56,282 nt of DNA from Verrucomicrobiales bacterium (GTDB lineage: Bacteria > Verrucomicrobiota > Verrucomicrobiia > Methylacidiphilales > JAAUTS01): NCBI GenBank assembly GCA_031265365.1, contig JAISCS010000030.1:1-56282 (forward strand). The letters are read 5' to 3'. Below are positions 10,220 to 19,950 of the stretch, piece by piece (position 1 is the stretch's first letter; each line of letters begins with the position of its first letter). The notes below the pieces were generated by a model. That model was not told where the DNA came from, made no database searches, and was given only the letters and a program-made list of their open reading frames with translations. A program made the translations under genes and the position numbers.

Positions 10220-13093
10220 TCAAAAACCTTGTTGATACAAATAAGCCAGTGTCTCATCCGCATCCCAAATGGCTGTGGATTTTATCCAATGGCGCAAAAG
10301 ATTTGGTTTGACGATGATTAATTTATCATTTTCAAAATAATGGAAAATTCGACTGGTTTGAAAAACAGAATTATTTTTATGAATAATAGTTTGCAATTTT
10401 TCATCCCAATTTTCCGGCCAGTCTATTTTACTGTTTTTTTCTCCAAAATAAAACGCTTGATAGGCAAGTCCGTTTGAACAATCTGACGGTCCAAGATGCA
10501 AATTGCGATAAACACTGCCCAGCAGCCATACAAACAAGTCCGCATAATCTTTTCTTATTTCACTGTTGGCAGCCTGAGTAAGAACTTTTGAATTTTGGCC
10601 GACTTGAATAAGTTCGGCCATATAATCTAAAATATCATCCAACAAGATTTTTTCCCATCGAGACAAATTCATGAAGCGCATGTCCTCAGTCCATGGAAGT
10701 TCCTCTAAATCGTGTTTCAAGATAGCGGTGGATTTTCCAACCAATACTTGCGAACTTCGCAAATAGCAAAATGCTCTTAGCATTTTTTTATTCTTCTCAA
10801 ATACTCGTGAAAATTTCAAAAGTTTTTCAGTATCAAATGATGGCGCGTTGATTGAAATGATTTTATGTAGGAACGTAAGATACCCGTCATTCTCGCCCCA
10901 AAAAATAGTCGGTAATGTCTCATTCTCCTTGATTAAAACCATTGGCGGGGTAAAACGCTCCTTACAGCGAGGCGCGGTAAATTTTTTCTCGTGAACAATA
11001 TTTATCCATTCCCTATCCAATCCTTTTCCAGTAAATGCATCTGTAGGCAAAAATGGCTTGCCGGTCAACCAGTCAGCGAATTTTCGTTTGTCCGCCTTTC
11101 CGTTTGCAGGCGGATTACCCGCAATAAATCCTTCTCCATGAGTCCAACCCTGTTCATTCCAATACATTTTTAACGTTGGATACTTGGAGATTTCCTTAGA
11201 AATATGAACCAACCGCCCGCCTCCCAAAAGATTAGCTTTCCACACTGAAGGAAATTCTTCCGCCAACCGTTGCGGCACTTGATGCCAGTCATAATGGTCT
11301 AGTTCAAAATTTACTCGTTCATGCAGGCTCTTGGTGCGGCGAAAAGTCAGATGGGAAATTTCATGTTTCTTCTCCGGCTTCCCTTTCTTGGAAAAAATCG
11401 CCACAGCCTTGGCATCCGCGCTTTCAAACAGATTCCGAATGGAGACAAAATCCAAAATTGTATCCACCGTATTCTCAGAAATCCATTTTTTAAGAAATTC
11501 TTGCGTGTTGGAATTGTAAAGAAAACCGGGCGGCTGAATAAGGCACATTTTTCCGTCCAGTGCCAGCAAGGTTGCAGCTTCCTCAATAACGCGATAAGAA
11601 ATTTGATTATCAGGAATGGGCCTCGAATTGTCTTGACGCGTTGCCCGCGCCGCCTGTGTTAATTTGGACTTGAACGGTGGATTGCCCAAAATTGTGGTAA
11701 ATCCATTTTCTGCAAGATTACGAATTTGCTCAAGGTTCGCAAATACATCACCAACGATGATATTTTTACCGACGAGCTTGTCAAACGTCAGTTGTTCCCA
11801 AATAATTCTTGGGTGCAAGGCATCGCACACTGCCAGTGCCAAATTGAACGCCGCCACATGAGCGGCATCTTCATTGAGTTCAGCGCCAAAAATGGAATCC
11901 CTCAGCATTTTTTGCAGCACCGGAACTCCCGGACGTTTTTCCCATCCATTTTGCTTTTTCCAATAATGAACCAGCCGCCGAAACGCGCCGACTAAAAAAA
12001 TTCCGGAACCGCAGGTCGGGTCAAAGATAGTCTCCCGTCCTGTGATTCTTTCATGAGGCAGCGCGTAATCCAGCATTAAATCCACAACCAACGGCGGTGT
12101 AAATACCGCGCCGTCTTTCTTCTGGGCAAAGTGTTGATACAAATGGCTAAGAACTTCGACCGGAATATAATTAAAACTGTATTGTTGCCACAAATACATT
12201 TGTTGTTTTAATGTCCGCGCTTCGATTAATGTGGCAAATTGCTTCAAATCCTCACGGGTGAATGACACCTCAATACCAAAAATATCACCGTTAAATTTAA
12301 GTTTTAATTCGTCCAGCATTTTTTCAACATCTTGGACATTGCCGCTGGCAAGAACCTTTAAAAAGCTGGTTGCGTTGTCGCTGAATTGAGCAAACCAATC
12401 TTGCGCGAACACACCCCTGTCCTCCAGATATTTTGCAAGAATGAACAATAGCAACAGGCGGCGCATCAACGGATTTTTCGCGCCTTTGATTTTTGTGTCC
12501 ACTTCAACAACCGCTTGAATCAGAGATTGGTGAGCAGCCTTGTCCGCGCATGCCCATTTTGCATTTTCAGGCGCGTCCCAAAAAGTTCCGTCACTCAGGC
12601 GATAGGCGGAAAAGCGTTTGGTTTTGGCGGCGTCAAGCTCGCGGGAAACATCTGAAATTATTTCCAGATTTTCCTTCGGATTGTATTGAGGCTGGGAACT
12701 TTTGGCATTCCAGAAATCTGGTTCCGCCGCGCATCTCAAAACATCCACGCGCGTCGGCCACTCGACATAAAACAATGGAACTTTACCATTCAGCCAAATA
12801 CGATGATGCAACTCGGCAATCTGTTTGTCTGTGTAACGATTGTCACTATTGTCAAGGATGTAAGCAACGGCTTGTGAAGAGCGACCGTCGGCAAATCGGC
12901 GAAAAAAAACGTAATCAATGGGAATATTTTTTGTTTTTTTATCCCCCTCCAAAATCCGAGCCTCATATCGAGCGGCTTCTTCCGCAATAGAACAAGGAAG
13001 CAAACGGTCATCTCTCACCGAAACCAAACCGGAAAGCTGTGGTTTGCCTTTGGGCGGCGGTGCAAGATGAAGTTGTGACAATAGCTTGTTCAT
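10220..13093 (-). CDS. Large gamma-class N6-adenine DNA methyltransferase (Eco57I/type IIG-like) with long unknown N- and C-terminal regions
   Basis: Motif I FDPTCGSGIFLVG precedes motif IV ILGNPPF. The protein is 957 aa and AT-rich. I could not recognise a nuclease motif in the N-terminus. Confidence 0.8.
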   Translation of the reverse strand: MNKLLSQLHLAPPPKGKPQLSGLVSVRDDRLLPCSIAEEAARYEARILEGDKKTKNIPIDYVFFRRFADGRSSQAVAYILDNSDNRYTDKQIAELHHRIWLNGKVPLFYVEWPTRVDVLRCAAEPDFWNAKSSQPQYNPKENLEIISDVSRELDAAKTKRFSAYRLSDGTFWDAPENAKWACADKAAHQSLIQAVVEVDTKIKGAKNPLMRRLLLLFILAKYLEDRGVFAQDWFAQFSDNATSFLKVLASGNVQDVEKMLDELKLKFNGDIFGIEVSFTREDLKQFATLIEARTLKQQMYLWQQYSFNYIPVEVLSHLYQHFAQKKDGAVFTPPLVVDLMLDYALPHERITGRETIFDPTCGSGIFLVGAFRRLVHYWKKQNGWEKRPGVPVLQKMLRDSIFGAELNEDAAHVAAFNLALAVCDALHPRIIWEQLTFDKLVGKNIIVGDVFANLEQIRNLAENGFTTILGNPPFKSKLTQAARATRQDNSRPIPDNQISYRVIEEAATLLALDGKMCLIQPPGFLYNSNTQEFLKKWISENTVDTILDFVSIRNLFESADAKAVAIFSKKGKPEKKHEISHLTFRRTKSLHERVNFELDHYDWHQVPQRLAEEFPSVWKANLLGGGRLVHISKEISKYPTLKMYWNEQGWTHGEGFIAGNPPANGKADKRKFADWLTGKPFLPTDAFTGKGLDREWINIVHEKKFTAPRCKERFTPPMVLIKENETLPTIFWGENDGYLTFLHKIISINAPSFDTEKLLKFSRVFEKNKKMLRAFCYLRSSQVLVGKSTAILKHDLEELPWTEDMRFMNLSRWEKILLDDILDYMAELIQVGQNSKVLTQAANSEIRKDYADLFVWLLGSVYRNLHLGPSDCSNGLAYQAFYFGEKNSKIDWPENWDEKLQTIIHKNNSVFQTSRIFHYFENDKLIIVKPNLLRHWIKSTAIWDADETLAYLYQQGF

Positions 13094-13105
13094 GGTGAAA
13101 CGAGT

Positions 13106-14767
13106 TTAAGTTTGCGTTTTTTTGCGAGGTAAGTCAACTGTTCCTGTCAAGCCAAATTTCCGCGCGAGGCTTTCCGGTATCGGTTCATGAGCGGCTTTGC
13201 GGGTACGAATATGGCAGCACAACAAAGCAGTTTGCCATGAATAAATCAACGCGCTGTCGCAGTTTTTCAGCACTTTGCGAAGCGCGGGAAGTATGCGTGT
13301 GGTGAAACGCGGCACATACACCAGCGCCACGCCGCCGATTTGCGCCCATGCTAAACCACCATCAGCGGCGTAGGGCGAAAGTTGGTTGTGATGCATGAAT
13401 TGCAACGAATGCCAAACTTGCGCGTGCTCGATGTTCACCAACCGTCCCGATTTGATGCGACGACAACGCAGGTAAGCAAAGTTGCCGCCAAGTCCGGGCG
13501 TATCGCCATAACCCTCAATGACACGCCGCACACGGCGGGCACACACATCACGGCATAGATTTTTGTCAGGCTCGCTGACGGTGGACTCGGTGTTGGAAAC
13601 CAAAATAAAGCGCCGCTGACCTTGGTTCTCGGCGTTGAGTTTCAAGACCGCGTGTGCCGTGGTGCCGCTGCCGGCGAAGAAGTCCAGCACGAGGTCACCG
13701 CTGACAGTAGCAATGCGGAGAATGCGTTCAATCAACGCCACTGGTTTTGGTGTGGAAAACGAACGCGCATCCTCGGCAAGAATTGTCAGAATTTCTTTTT
13801 TAGCTGTATCATTGTGCCCAACATCATCAAACGTCCACCAAGTTGTTGGCACCACACCGTCAGCGTTGCGGAGCATGTGCTTGTAACGCTTGAATGATGG
13901 CGTTTTACCGTTGCCGTCTTTACCCCAATAAATCAAGCCATTGTCTGCGTTGCGGAAATGTTCTTCCTCTGAATACGCCCAAACACGCGTTTTTTTGGGC
14001 CAAATTCTTTTGCCGGTTTTTGGTTGAATGATTGGATAATAAAGATTAGGGCGTTCTTCCGCACTCTTCGGGCACGTGTAGTCGCTGCATCGAAAAATAC
14101 CTTTTTCGTCATTGAATCGATACATATCGTCCTTGTCAGCGGTGCGGGGTAAAAGATTGCGCCGCCACAAGTCGGACATTTGATAAACCAACACGTATTC
14201 GTGCATCGGTGCGATGGTTTTGTGGTCGTTGGATGATGCGTAACGCTTCTGCCAAATACACGACGCGACAAAATTATTCTCGCCGAACACGCGGTTCATC
14301 AACAACCTCAGCGACGCGACTTCATTGTCATCAATCGAAACAAAAATCACGCCGTCCTGCCGCAACAAATCCTTCGCCAGCGTCAGTCGCTGCCACATAA
14401 ACTCCACCCATGTCGAATGCCGCCACGCATCGTTAGCGTCCACGAAACGGTCATTATACACAAAATCGCGATTGCCGGTGTTATAGGGCGGGTCAATGTA
14501 GATACATTTCACTTGCCCGGCATAAGTCATACGTAGATGCCGTAGCGCATCAAAATTGTCACCCTCAATGATGAGATTGTTCCAAGGTTCACCGCTGACA
14601 CTCAACTCCGGGTCAAGGTCGAGCGCAACGAAATCAGAATTGAGCGCACGGTCACGCTCAATCTCACTGGCTTCCCAAACCAAGCCAAAGCGCGTGGCGT
14701 CGCGCCGGTCGCGCGCCTCAAGCAAGCGTTGTAATTCATTTCTGGACAAATGGTCATATTTTCCCAT
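13106..14767 (-). CDS. mod: Beta-class N6/N4 DNA methyltransferase, type III Mod-like
   Basis: Motif IV IYIDPPYNTGN precedes motif I LDFFAGSGTTAHAV. ATG at 14767 (MGKYDHL) is preferred over the ORF maximum at 14806. Confidence 0.85.
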   Translation of the reverse strand: MGKYDHLSRNELQRLLEARDRRDATRFGLVWEASEIERDRALNSDFVALDLDPELSVSGEPWNNLIIEGDNFDALRHLRMTYAGQVKCIYIDPPYNTGNRDFVYNDRFVDANDAWRHSTWVEFMWQRLTLAKDLLRQDGVIFVSIDDNEVASLRLLMNRVFGENNFVASCIWQKRYASSNDHKTIAPMHEYVLVYQMSDLWRRNLLPRTADKDDMYRFNDEKGIFRCSDYTCPKSAEERPNLYYPIIQPKTGKRIWPKKTRVWAYSEEEHFRNADNGLIYWGKDGNGKTPSFKRYKHMLRNADGVVPTTWWTFDDVGHNDTAKKEILTILAEDARSFSTPKPVALIERILRIATVSGDLVLDFFAGSGTTAHAVLKLNAENQGQRRFILVSNTESTVSEPDKNLCRDVCARRVRRVIEGYGDTPGLGGNFAYLRCRRIKSGRLVNIEHAQVWHSLQFMHHNQLSPYAADGGLAWAQIGGVALVYVPRFTTRILPALRKVLKNCDSALIYSWQTALLCCHIRTRKAAHEPIPESLARKFGLTGTVDLPRKKTQT

Positions 14768-14846
14768 GCGACATTTGAAACTAGCCAGTGAACACTGGCA
14801 CTTCAATTACTTATTACCACTGATTATGACTGGCACATACAAAAAA

Positions 14847-15748
14847 TCATTCGCCGGATTTCCCGCCGGTGGTGAAAGTCTGCCACGCTTTCGCAAAAGC
14901 CTCCTCCGGCAGCCACGTGGTGGTCTTGTTGCTCGCGGCTTGCCCGCTTTTGGCGTAAATCTCATGGTCAGCGAGGTTGCCGAGCCAGGAAATATCGCCG
15001 CCGGTCGCTGATGATGAGCGCCATGCCGTCACGCCGCGCAAAAAGTCACGCCCTAACACCGCCGCTTGCCCGACCTCGTGGCCGCTGTTCGGCTCGAAGG
15101 CAAAGCACCACACCGCGCCGCGCCGCGCCGGCCGGCGGTGTAACGCTCGGTGATAAGTTCCGTGCGCTCGCGGTCGTTCTCGCCGCCAATAAATAACGCG
15201 GGTACTTTCAACATCGCGCTGCGTGGGTCGTTGGTGTTCAGCGCTGACTTGACCAGCACGAAACCCGCCACGCGCTCCGGCTTCCAGTTGGCAAAATTGT
15301 ACGCGAAACCGCCGCCCGCCGAGTGCCCCCACAGCAACAACGGCGCGGTGGCGAGCTCCAGTTTTTGCGTTTGCGCGGCGAAATGTTTCAGCGTGTCGAG
15401 CAGCGCCTTGCCCGACCAATTTTCCACGCGGACATAATGCGGCGCGCTGCCGCCCTTGTTGTTAACCAGCCGGCACGCGAGAATCGCGCACCGCTGCTCG
15501 TCGGCGAGCCGCTGCCACGCGGCCTCATCCGCCATGCCGCGCCCGTCGCCGTTGTAACCGGGCAGCAACACGAGCGTGTAGTTAATCTCACCGTCAGCGG
15601 CGGGCAACCGCAGCCGAAACTCCGCCATATAGGGGTCGGGCGCGTTGTATTTATAATCCAGCGACTCCGCCACCGTCAGCGACGCGGCGAACGCTGACAC
15701 TGTCAGCGACAATAATAATTTCACTTTTTCACACATAATTTTTCTCAC
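14847..15748 (-). pseudogene. Secreted alpha/beta-hydrolase (esterase) interrupted by a frameshift
   Basis: Frame 1 (15053-15748) carries the signal peptide and the nucleophile elbow GHSAGG. Homology continues in a second frame (14847-15419) as ...VWCFAFEPNSGHEVG.... The frame switch falls within the GC repeat at 15109-15140. The true start may be MCEKVK at 15736. Confidence 0.7.
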
Positions 15749-15790
15749 ACGAAGCCATGAAGGGGAAAAATATTCTTGCCTTCGTGTGAG
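15744..15790. repeat. Family-B hairpin between the 882-aa gene and the esterase gene
   Basis: ctcacacgaag...cttcgtgtgag forms an inverted repeat. Confidence 0.6.
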
Positions 15791-15800
15791 CCTTTCTTTT

Positions 15801-18449
15801 TCATGGTTTTAACTGTCTGGCTAAAAATTCGCGGGCATCTTGTTCCAGTTCCAACACCGTCGGCGGTGTCAAATCGGGATAATTTTTCCACTCTACCTGA
15901 ACGTCAGCGGCTTGCAACAACGTAGCGAAATGCACGGCGGTTGCATAACGGTCCATGTGATTGTAACGGCAATCATCATCAAATTCCGAGGCGCTAATAT
16001 GAAACGCCACTTTTTTTAACGCCGAAAAAGGACGCAATCCGGGTTCTGCCAGTCTGGGACAACCAAGATTGCTGGGACGCCCCACCGCCACTGCCGCGAC
16101 CAAATCAGGACGCCAGCGTGCAAAGCGAAGCGGAAATCCACTGCCAGAGGCGTAAGTGTAAAATAATAACTGTTCTTTTTGGATGGCGCATTGCTGGTTG
16201 ATTTGCGCCAGACCATCTAACAACGCTTGTCCCGACCAAACTTGCGCCGCGATATAATAACTGTACGTATCGTTTTTTTGCCAAGCCCATGACGAAGTTT
16301 TGAACTGCGGCATGACTACAACTAGATTGTGCGCGTCGGCAAATTTCGCCCACGCGCTATCTAGCCGGAGGTAGGAAAGATTTTCCGCGTTGGAACCCGC
16401 GCCTAATACTAGCACCCGACGCGGCTGGTCACCGTCAGCGGCGGATGGCACGCGATAAAAAATTCGCAATTCTGGATTGTCCATGTTGGGCGTGGGGACT
16501 GAAATCACGCGCACTTGCTCAGGCAAATTCGCGCGTTGCGGGTCAAAACGCAAATCTTTCAACAATCGGACCGACTGCCGTGCCAAGTCACCGCTGACAC
16601 CTAAATCCATGTCCCCGTTCGTCAATTTTTCATCGTAACGCTTCTTTATCAGGGGAATGGTCTCATTGTTGCTTAATTGCAGGGCAAGTTGGGCTTGTTG
16701 CACGGCTTCAGGAAAACGCCGGTTCATCCGATGAATTTGCGCGCGGCAAAAGGCGGCGTTGGCTTTGACAAGGTTATTAGTGTAACCGCGGTTCAAATCG
16801 GTGACTGGCGCGTGCTGGATTTTTTCAAGCATCGCCTCCGCTTCAAGATAACGACCGCCATGCAACAATGTCAGTGCCTGTTCATATAAAAAGCCGAATT
16901 CCTTGGAATTAAAATCACCGCTATCGAGCTTCTCAAAAGTTTGTGTTTTGAATTTGAGATAAAACTCCGCCAATTCGGACTGGGTAAAAGCTCGGTGCAT
17001 ATCTTCACTACGCAGTAATTTCCACCAATCGGCGGGATTGAATTTCCCAGAATTGGCGTTGGCTTCCGCAATTGTGAGTTGTTGCTCGAAAAAACCACGC
17101 TCAAAAATATAGCGAATAAAATTGAATAATTCGTTGCCATGTTGCCGCTCGGCTTGCTCGCGGGTTAGAGTTTGCCACGGAATATACCGCTGTAGCTGAT
17201 TACTCTGACGCTGACGACCTATCCGCTGTCCGGCTTTTTCCACGCACTCAGCCAATTGTTTCTGCAAGGCGGTGTACTGTTGGTCGGAGACAATTTCAAT
17301 AAACGCGCGTTCAGTTAACGAAAATATGAACTGGCTAACCGAGTTTTCAAGCTGGTTGAGTTGCTGCTCGGAATCCACCCGTTCAAGCCAGAATTTCAAG
17401 CCATTCGCCGTGTAATTGATTTGCCGCTGGTAGGACGCCTGTTCTTCTTTGCCATTGAACGGATATTGAATTGGCAAGCCGAGTGTGGCGTTGTGTTCGT
17501 ACAATGACTGTCCTGCCACCCAAGTGGTCATGGCGATTGAATTGGAGAATTGTGCCAGCCATTCATCGGGTGGCACCGCGCGAAAACTGCCTTTGCTGTT
17601 AAACAGAATGGCGGCCTGGGCTTCCTTGATTTTGTCCTCCGGCGGGACACACGAATAAGACTGCGCTTCATTGAAAAACCAACGGGTAAATTCGTTCAAG
17701 CAAGGAATTTTTTGCTCTTTTTTCCATGTCAGCCGGATTGTGTGCGGATAAGGTTTCCAATCTTGACTGTCAGCGGTCATCTCGTCCCCATAGTCACCCC
17801 GCCAGTGGTCTCCCCAATATTCAGCCGTGGTGTCACCGTCAGCGAGGCGCGCCAGATTTTGCGTGGACTTGGTGTATTTGGCGATTTTGAAAAGGTCGGG
17901 AAAATTGGCGGGATTCGCCTGTTTAATATCTGCCAGCAAACTGGCGCATTGGTGGATAAGTTCCCGGCGGGACATTTTCCCTTGCGTATCGAATAACAAC
18001 GAGTAGTGCGCGACCAATGCCGGCGCGTCTTGGTCATTGTCAGCGATAAAATTTTTAAGCAAGGTGACAAAATCCGATTTTTGACCGGAATAAATTCTGC
18101 CGACATGGTCGCTGCCGATGTAAGTGTAAATTTGCGTTAGTTCCAGCCAGCGTCGCTGTGGATGACCTGCCGACAATTTCGCAATGCAATAATCACGCAA
18201 AGCGTTGCTCAAAAAACCTTCAACACCGGCGCGTTTATTATTGTTTTTTTCAAAACTATATGACGGCAACATGACATTGGCTGGGTCAGTTAAAGCTAGT
18301 TTGAGCAGTGCGACGTTAACATCGCTACCGTTTGCTTGCCGCAAATTATTTTCTAATTCTACGATAGAAGTTTCAGCTTTCGCCGCTGACGCTGCCGGTG
18401 CAACAGTCGAAGATTCATGTGCCATCCCACCCGCGCAAAAATTTTTCAA
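15801..18449 (-). CDS. Large unknown protein: novel N-domain + TPR-like region + degenerate alpha/beta-hydrolase domain (module gene B, copy 1)
   Basis: Paralog of 19937-22654 along its whole length. The C-terminal domain aligns with the esterase at 14847-15748 (WSGQALLDGL vs WSGKALLDTL), but the nucleophile elbow reads YASGSG. Confidence 0.8.
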   Translation of the reverse strand: MKNFCAGGMAHESSTVAPAASAAKAETSIVELENNLRQANGSDVNVALLKLALTDPANVMLPSYSFEKNNNKRAGVEGFLSNALRDYCIAKLSAGHPQRRWLELTQIYTYIGSDHVGRIYSGQKSDFVTLLKNFIADNDQDAPALVAHYSLLFDTQGKMSRRELIHQCASLLADIKQANPANFPDLFKIAKYTKSTQNLARLADGDTTAEYWGDHWRGDYGDEMTADSQDWKPYPHTIRLTWKKEQKIPCLNEFTRWFFNEAQSYSCVPPEDKIKEAQAAILFNSKGSFRAVPPDEWLAQFSNSIAMTTWVAGQSLYEHNATLGLPIQYPFNGKEEQASYQRQINYTANGLKFWLERVDSEQQLNQLENSVSQFIFSLTERAFIEIVSDQQYTALQKQLAECVEKAGQRIGRQRQSNQLQRYIPWQTLTREQAERQHGNELFNFIRYIFERGFFEQQLTIAEANANSGKFNPADWWKLLRSEDMHRAFTQSELAEFYLKFKTQTFEKLDSGDFNSKEFGFLYEQALTLLHGGRYLEAEAMLEKIQHAPVTDLNRGYTNNLVKANAAFCRAQIHRMNRRFPEAVQQAQLALQLSNNETIPLIKKRYDEKLTNGDMDLGVSGDLARQSVRLLKDLRFDPQRANLPEQVRVISVPTPNMDNPELRIFYRVPSAADGDQPRRVLVLGAGSNAENLSYLRLDSAWAKFADAHNLVVVMPQFKTSSWAWQKNDTYSYYIAAQVWSGQALLDGLAQINQQCAIQKEQLLFYTYASGSGFPLRFARWRPDLVAAVAVGRPSNLGCPRLAEPGLRPFSALKKVAFHISASEFDDDCRYNHMDRYATAVHFATLLQAADVQVEWKNYPDLTPPTVLELEQDAREFLARQLKP

Positions 18450-19950
18450 TCTGCCCGCGCCATTCCCCAGGCTTCACCAGCAGCGGCAACTCGGCGCTGG
18501 CGGTCAGCGTGCCGTTCAGCGTGTCGCGCAAAAACCAGCGAACCACCGACCGACCGTCGCTGATGGTGGTGCGATTAAAAAAACTCGGCGCTTGCTCCCA
18601 GCGGGGACCGTCAGCGTCACTGAGTCCCGTGAGCCAGTCGTATTCGCGACAAATTTGCGCGGGATTTTCCGGCAAACAAATTTTTTGTCCGGGCAACGAA
18701 TTCAGAACGTCAGCGGTCAGCACGGACAATCGCGCGCACAACTCTGGCGCGGCGCCGCTGACGCCCAGAAAAGCAACCGCGTCGCTGACCGTGGGCGCAT
18801 CGCTGTTGGTGGACACGGAGTAATCGAAAAACACGCGCGCATAACGGCGCATGGCGTCACCGAGCGGCGTCAGCGCCAGCGCGTCGTAACAACGCGCCTC
18901 CCACTCGTAGGCTTCCCTGAACTGGCGGTCGAGCATATAGGCGCGGCTGAATTCGTTGGTCGCCTCGGCGAATTTGCCCTCGTCATAAAGTTTGAGTCCG
19001 CGATAAAACGGTTGCAATGCCTCGACGCTGACGCTGGGCAAATACGGCTGCACGTTTTTCTCCGGCGTGCCAAACAACGGAAACAGCCACGATTGGATTT
19101 GGTTGACCACCGAAACACTCGCGCCGGAAAAATCTTTCGAGGCGACAAGCTGGCCGTCAGCGGCGTTGACGAGCCGCAGTTCGCAATGGTCACCGTCAGC
19201 GGGCGCGAGTTGCAAAAAATAATCCGCGCCGAGAAACGAGTTGTTAGGTATCGCGTCGCGCATCCCGCGCTCAGCCTCGTTGCGCCCGATGACAATCTCC
19301 TGCGTCAGCGCGCGGTCAAGCACGATGAAGCCGCTGACCGTCAGCGCGTCGCGCAGCCGCGTGGCGAGGATGAAAACTTGGTCATTCGCCAACCCGCCGG
19401 TCGGCTCAATAATCGCGACTCGCGGCGTGTGCCTGGCGAAGGTTTTCCCCGCGATATTTTTGAACAACCCGCGCGTCACCTCCGCCAACCGCGCGGCATC
19501 AGCGAGCCAAACATCTTTAACCTGCCCCGACGCGAGCAACGTCCCACGGTCAGCGGCGACAATTTCCACCAACCAATTACCGACTGAACTTTCTCGAAAA
19601 TGCAAATAATAAGTAATCACCGGCAACGGTGGCAACGGTCGCCCACCATCAGCGTCACCGCGCAATGCCAACTCCTCCCGTTCTCGCAACACCCGCGCAA
19701 ACTCCGCCCGCTCGACAACCTGAAACTCCGCAACCTTGCCCAACTCCGTCGTCAGCACACTCTGCCACCTCTCCCCGTCGCTCCCGCTGACACTGATCGC
19801 CACACGCGGCACCTCCGCGCACCAACCGCTGATGGTGAACCCTAACAACAACAAACTCACACGCAGCCATGGAATCACGAGGATTTTTCCAATCAAACAA
19901 TTCTTCCCTCGGATTCTCGTGCCTTCGTGGGAGACTTTACTTTTTTCCAT
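18415..19950 (-). CDS. Secreted unknown protein with repeated alpha/beta modules and TPR-like helix pairs (module gene A, copy 1)
   Basis: Paralog of 22667-24085. Conserved leader SHEGTRIRGKNCLIGK...WLRVSLLLLGFTISG. PRVAISVSGSDGERWQSVL... resembles CsgG/LpoB-type modules (by eye, low certainty). Confidence 0.75.
   Translation of the reverse strand: MEKSKVSHEGTRIRGKNCLIGKILVIPWLRVSLLLLGFTISGWCAEVPRVAISVSGSDGERWQSVLTTELGKVAEFQVVERAEFARVLREREELALRGDADGGRPLPPLPVITYYLHFRESSVGNWLVEIVAADRGTLLASGQVKDVWLADAARLAEVTRGLFKNIAGKTFARHTPRVAIIEPTGGLANDQVFILATRLRDALTVSGFIVLDRALTQEIVIGRNEAERGMRDAIPNNSFLGADYFLQLAPADGDHCELRLVNAADGQLVASKDFSGASVSVVNQIQSWLFPLFGTPEKNVQPYLPSVSVEALQPFYRGLKLYDEGKFAEATNEFSRAYMLDRQFREAYEWEARCYDALALTPLGDAMRRYARVFFDYSVSTNSDAPTVSDAVAFLGVSGAAPELCARLSVLTADVLNSLPGQKICLPENPAQICREYDWLTGLSDADGPRWEQAPSFFNRTTISDGRSVVRWFLRDTLNGTLTASAELPLLVKPGEWRGQIEKFLRGWDGT

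Noticed and set aside
12895-12945. A8/T7-8 runs in the AT-rich methyltransferase gene as phase-variation tracts
   Set aside because: Runs of 7-8 nt are unremarkable in AT-rich DNA and are shorter than typical contingency tracts. Only the C12 tract at 55336-55347 stands out.
18205-19587. 460-aa plus-strand ORF
   Set aside because: It is antisense to the 882-/511-aa operon genes. The composition is that of a GC-rich shadow ORF, and it has no paralogue, whereas the minus-strand genes do.
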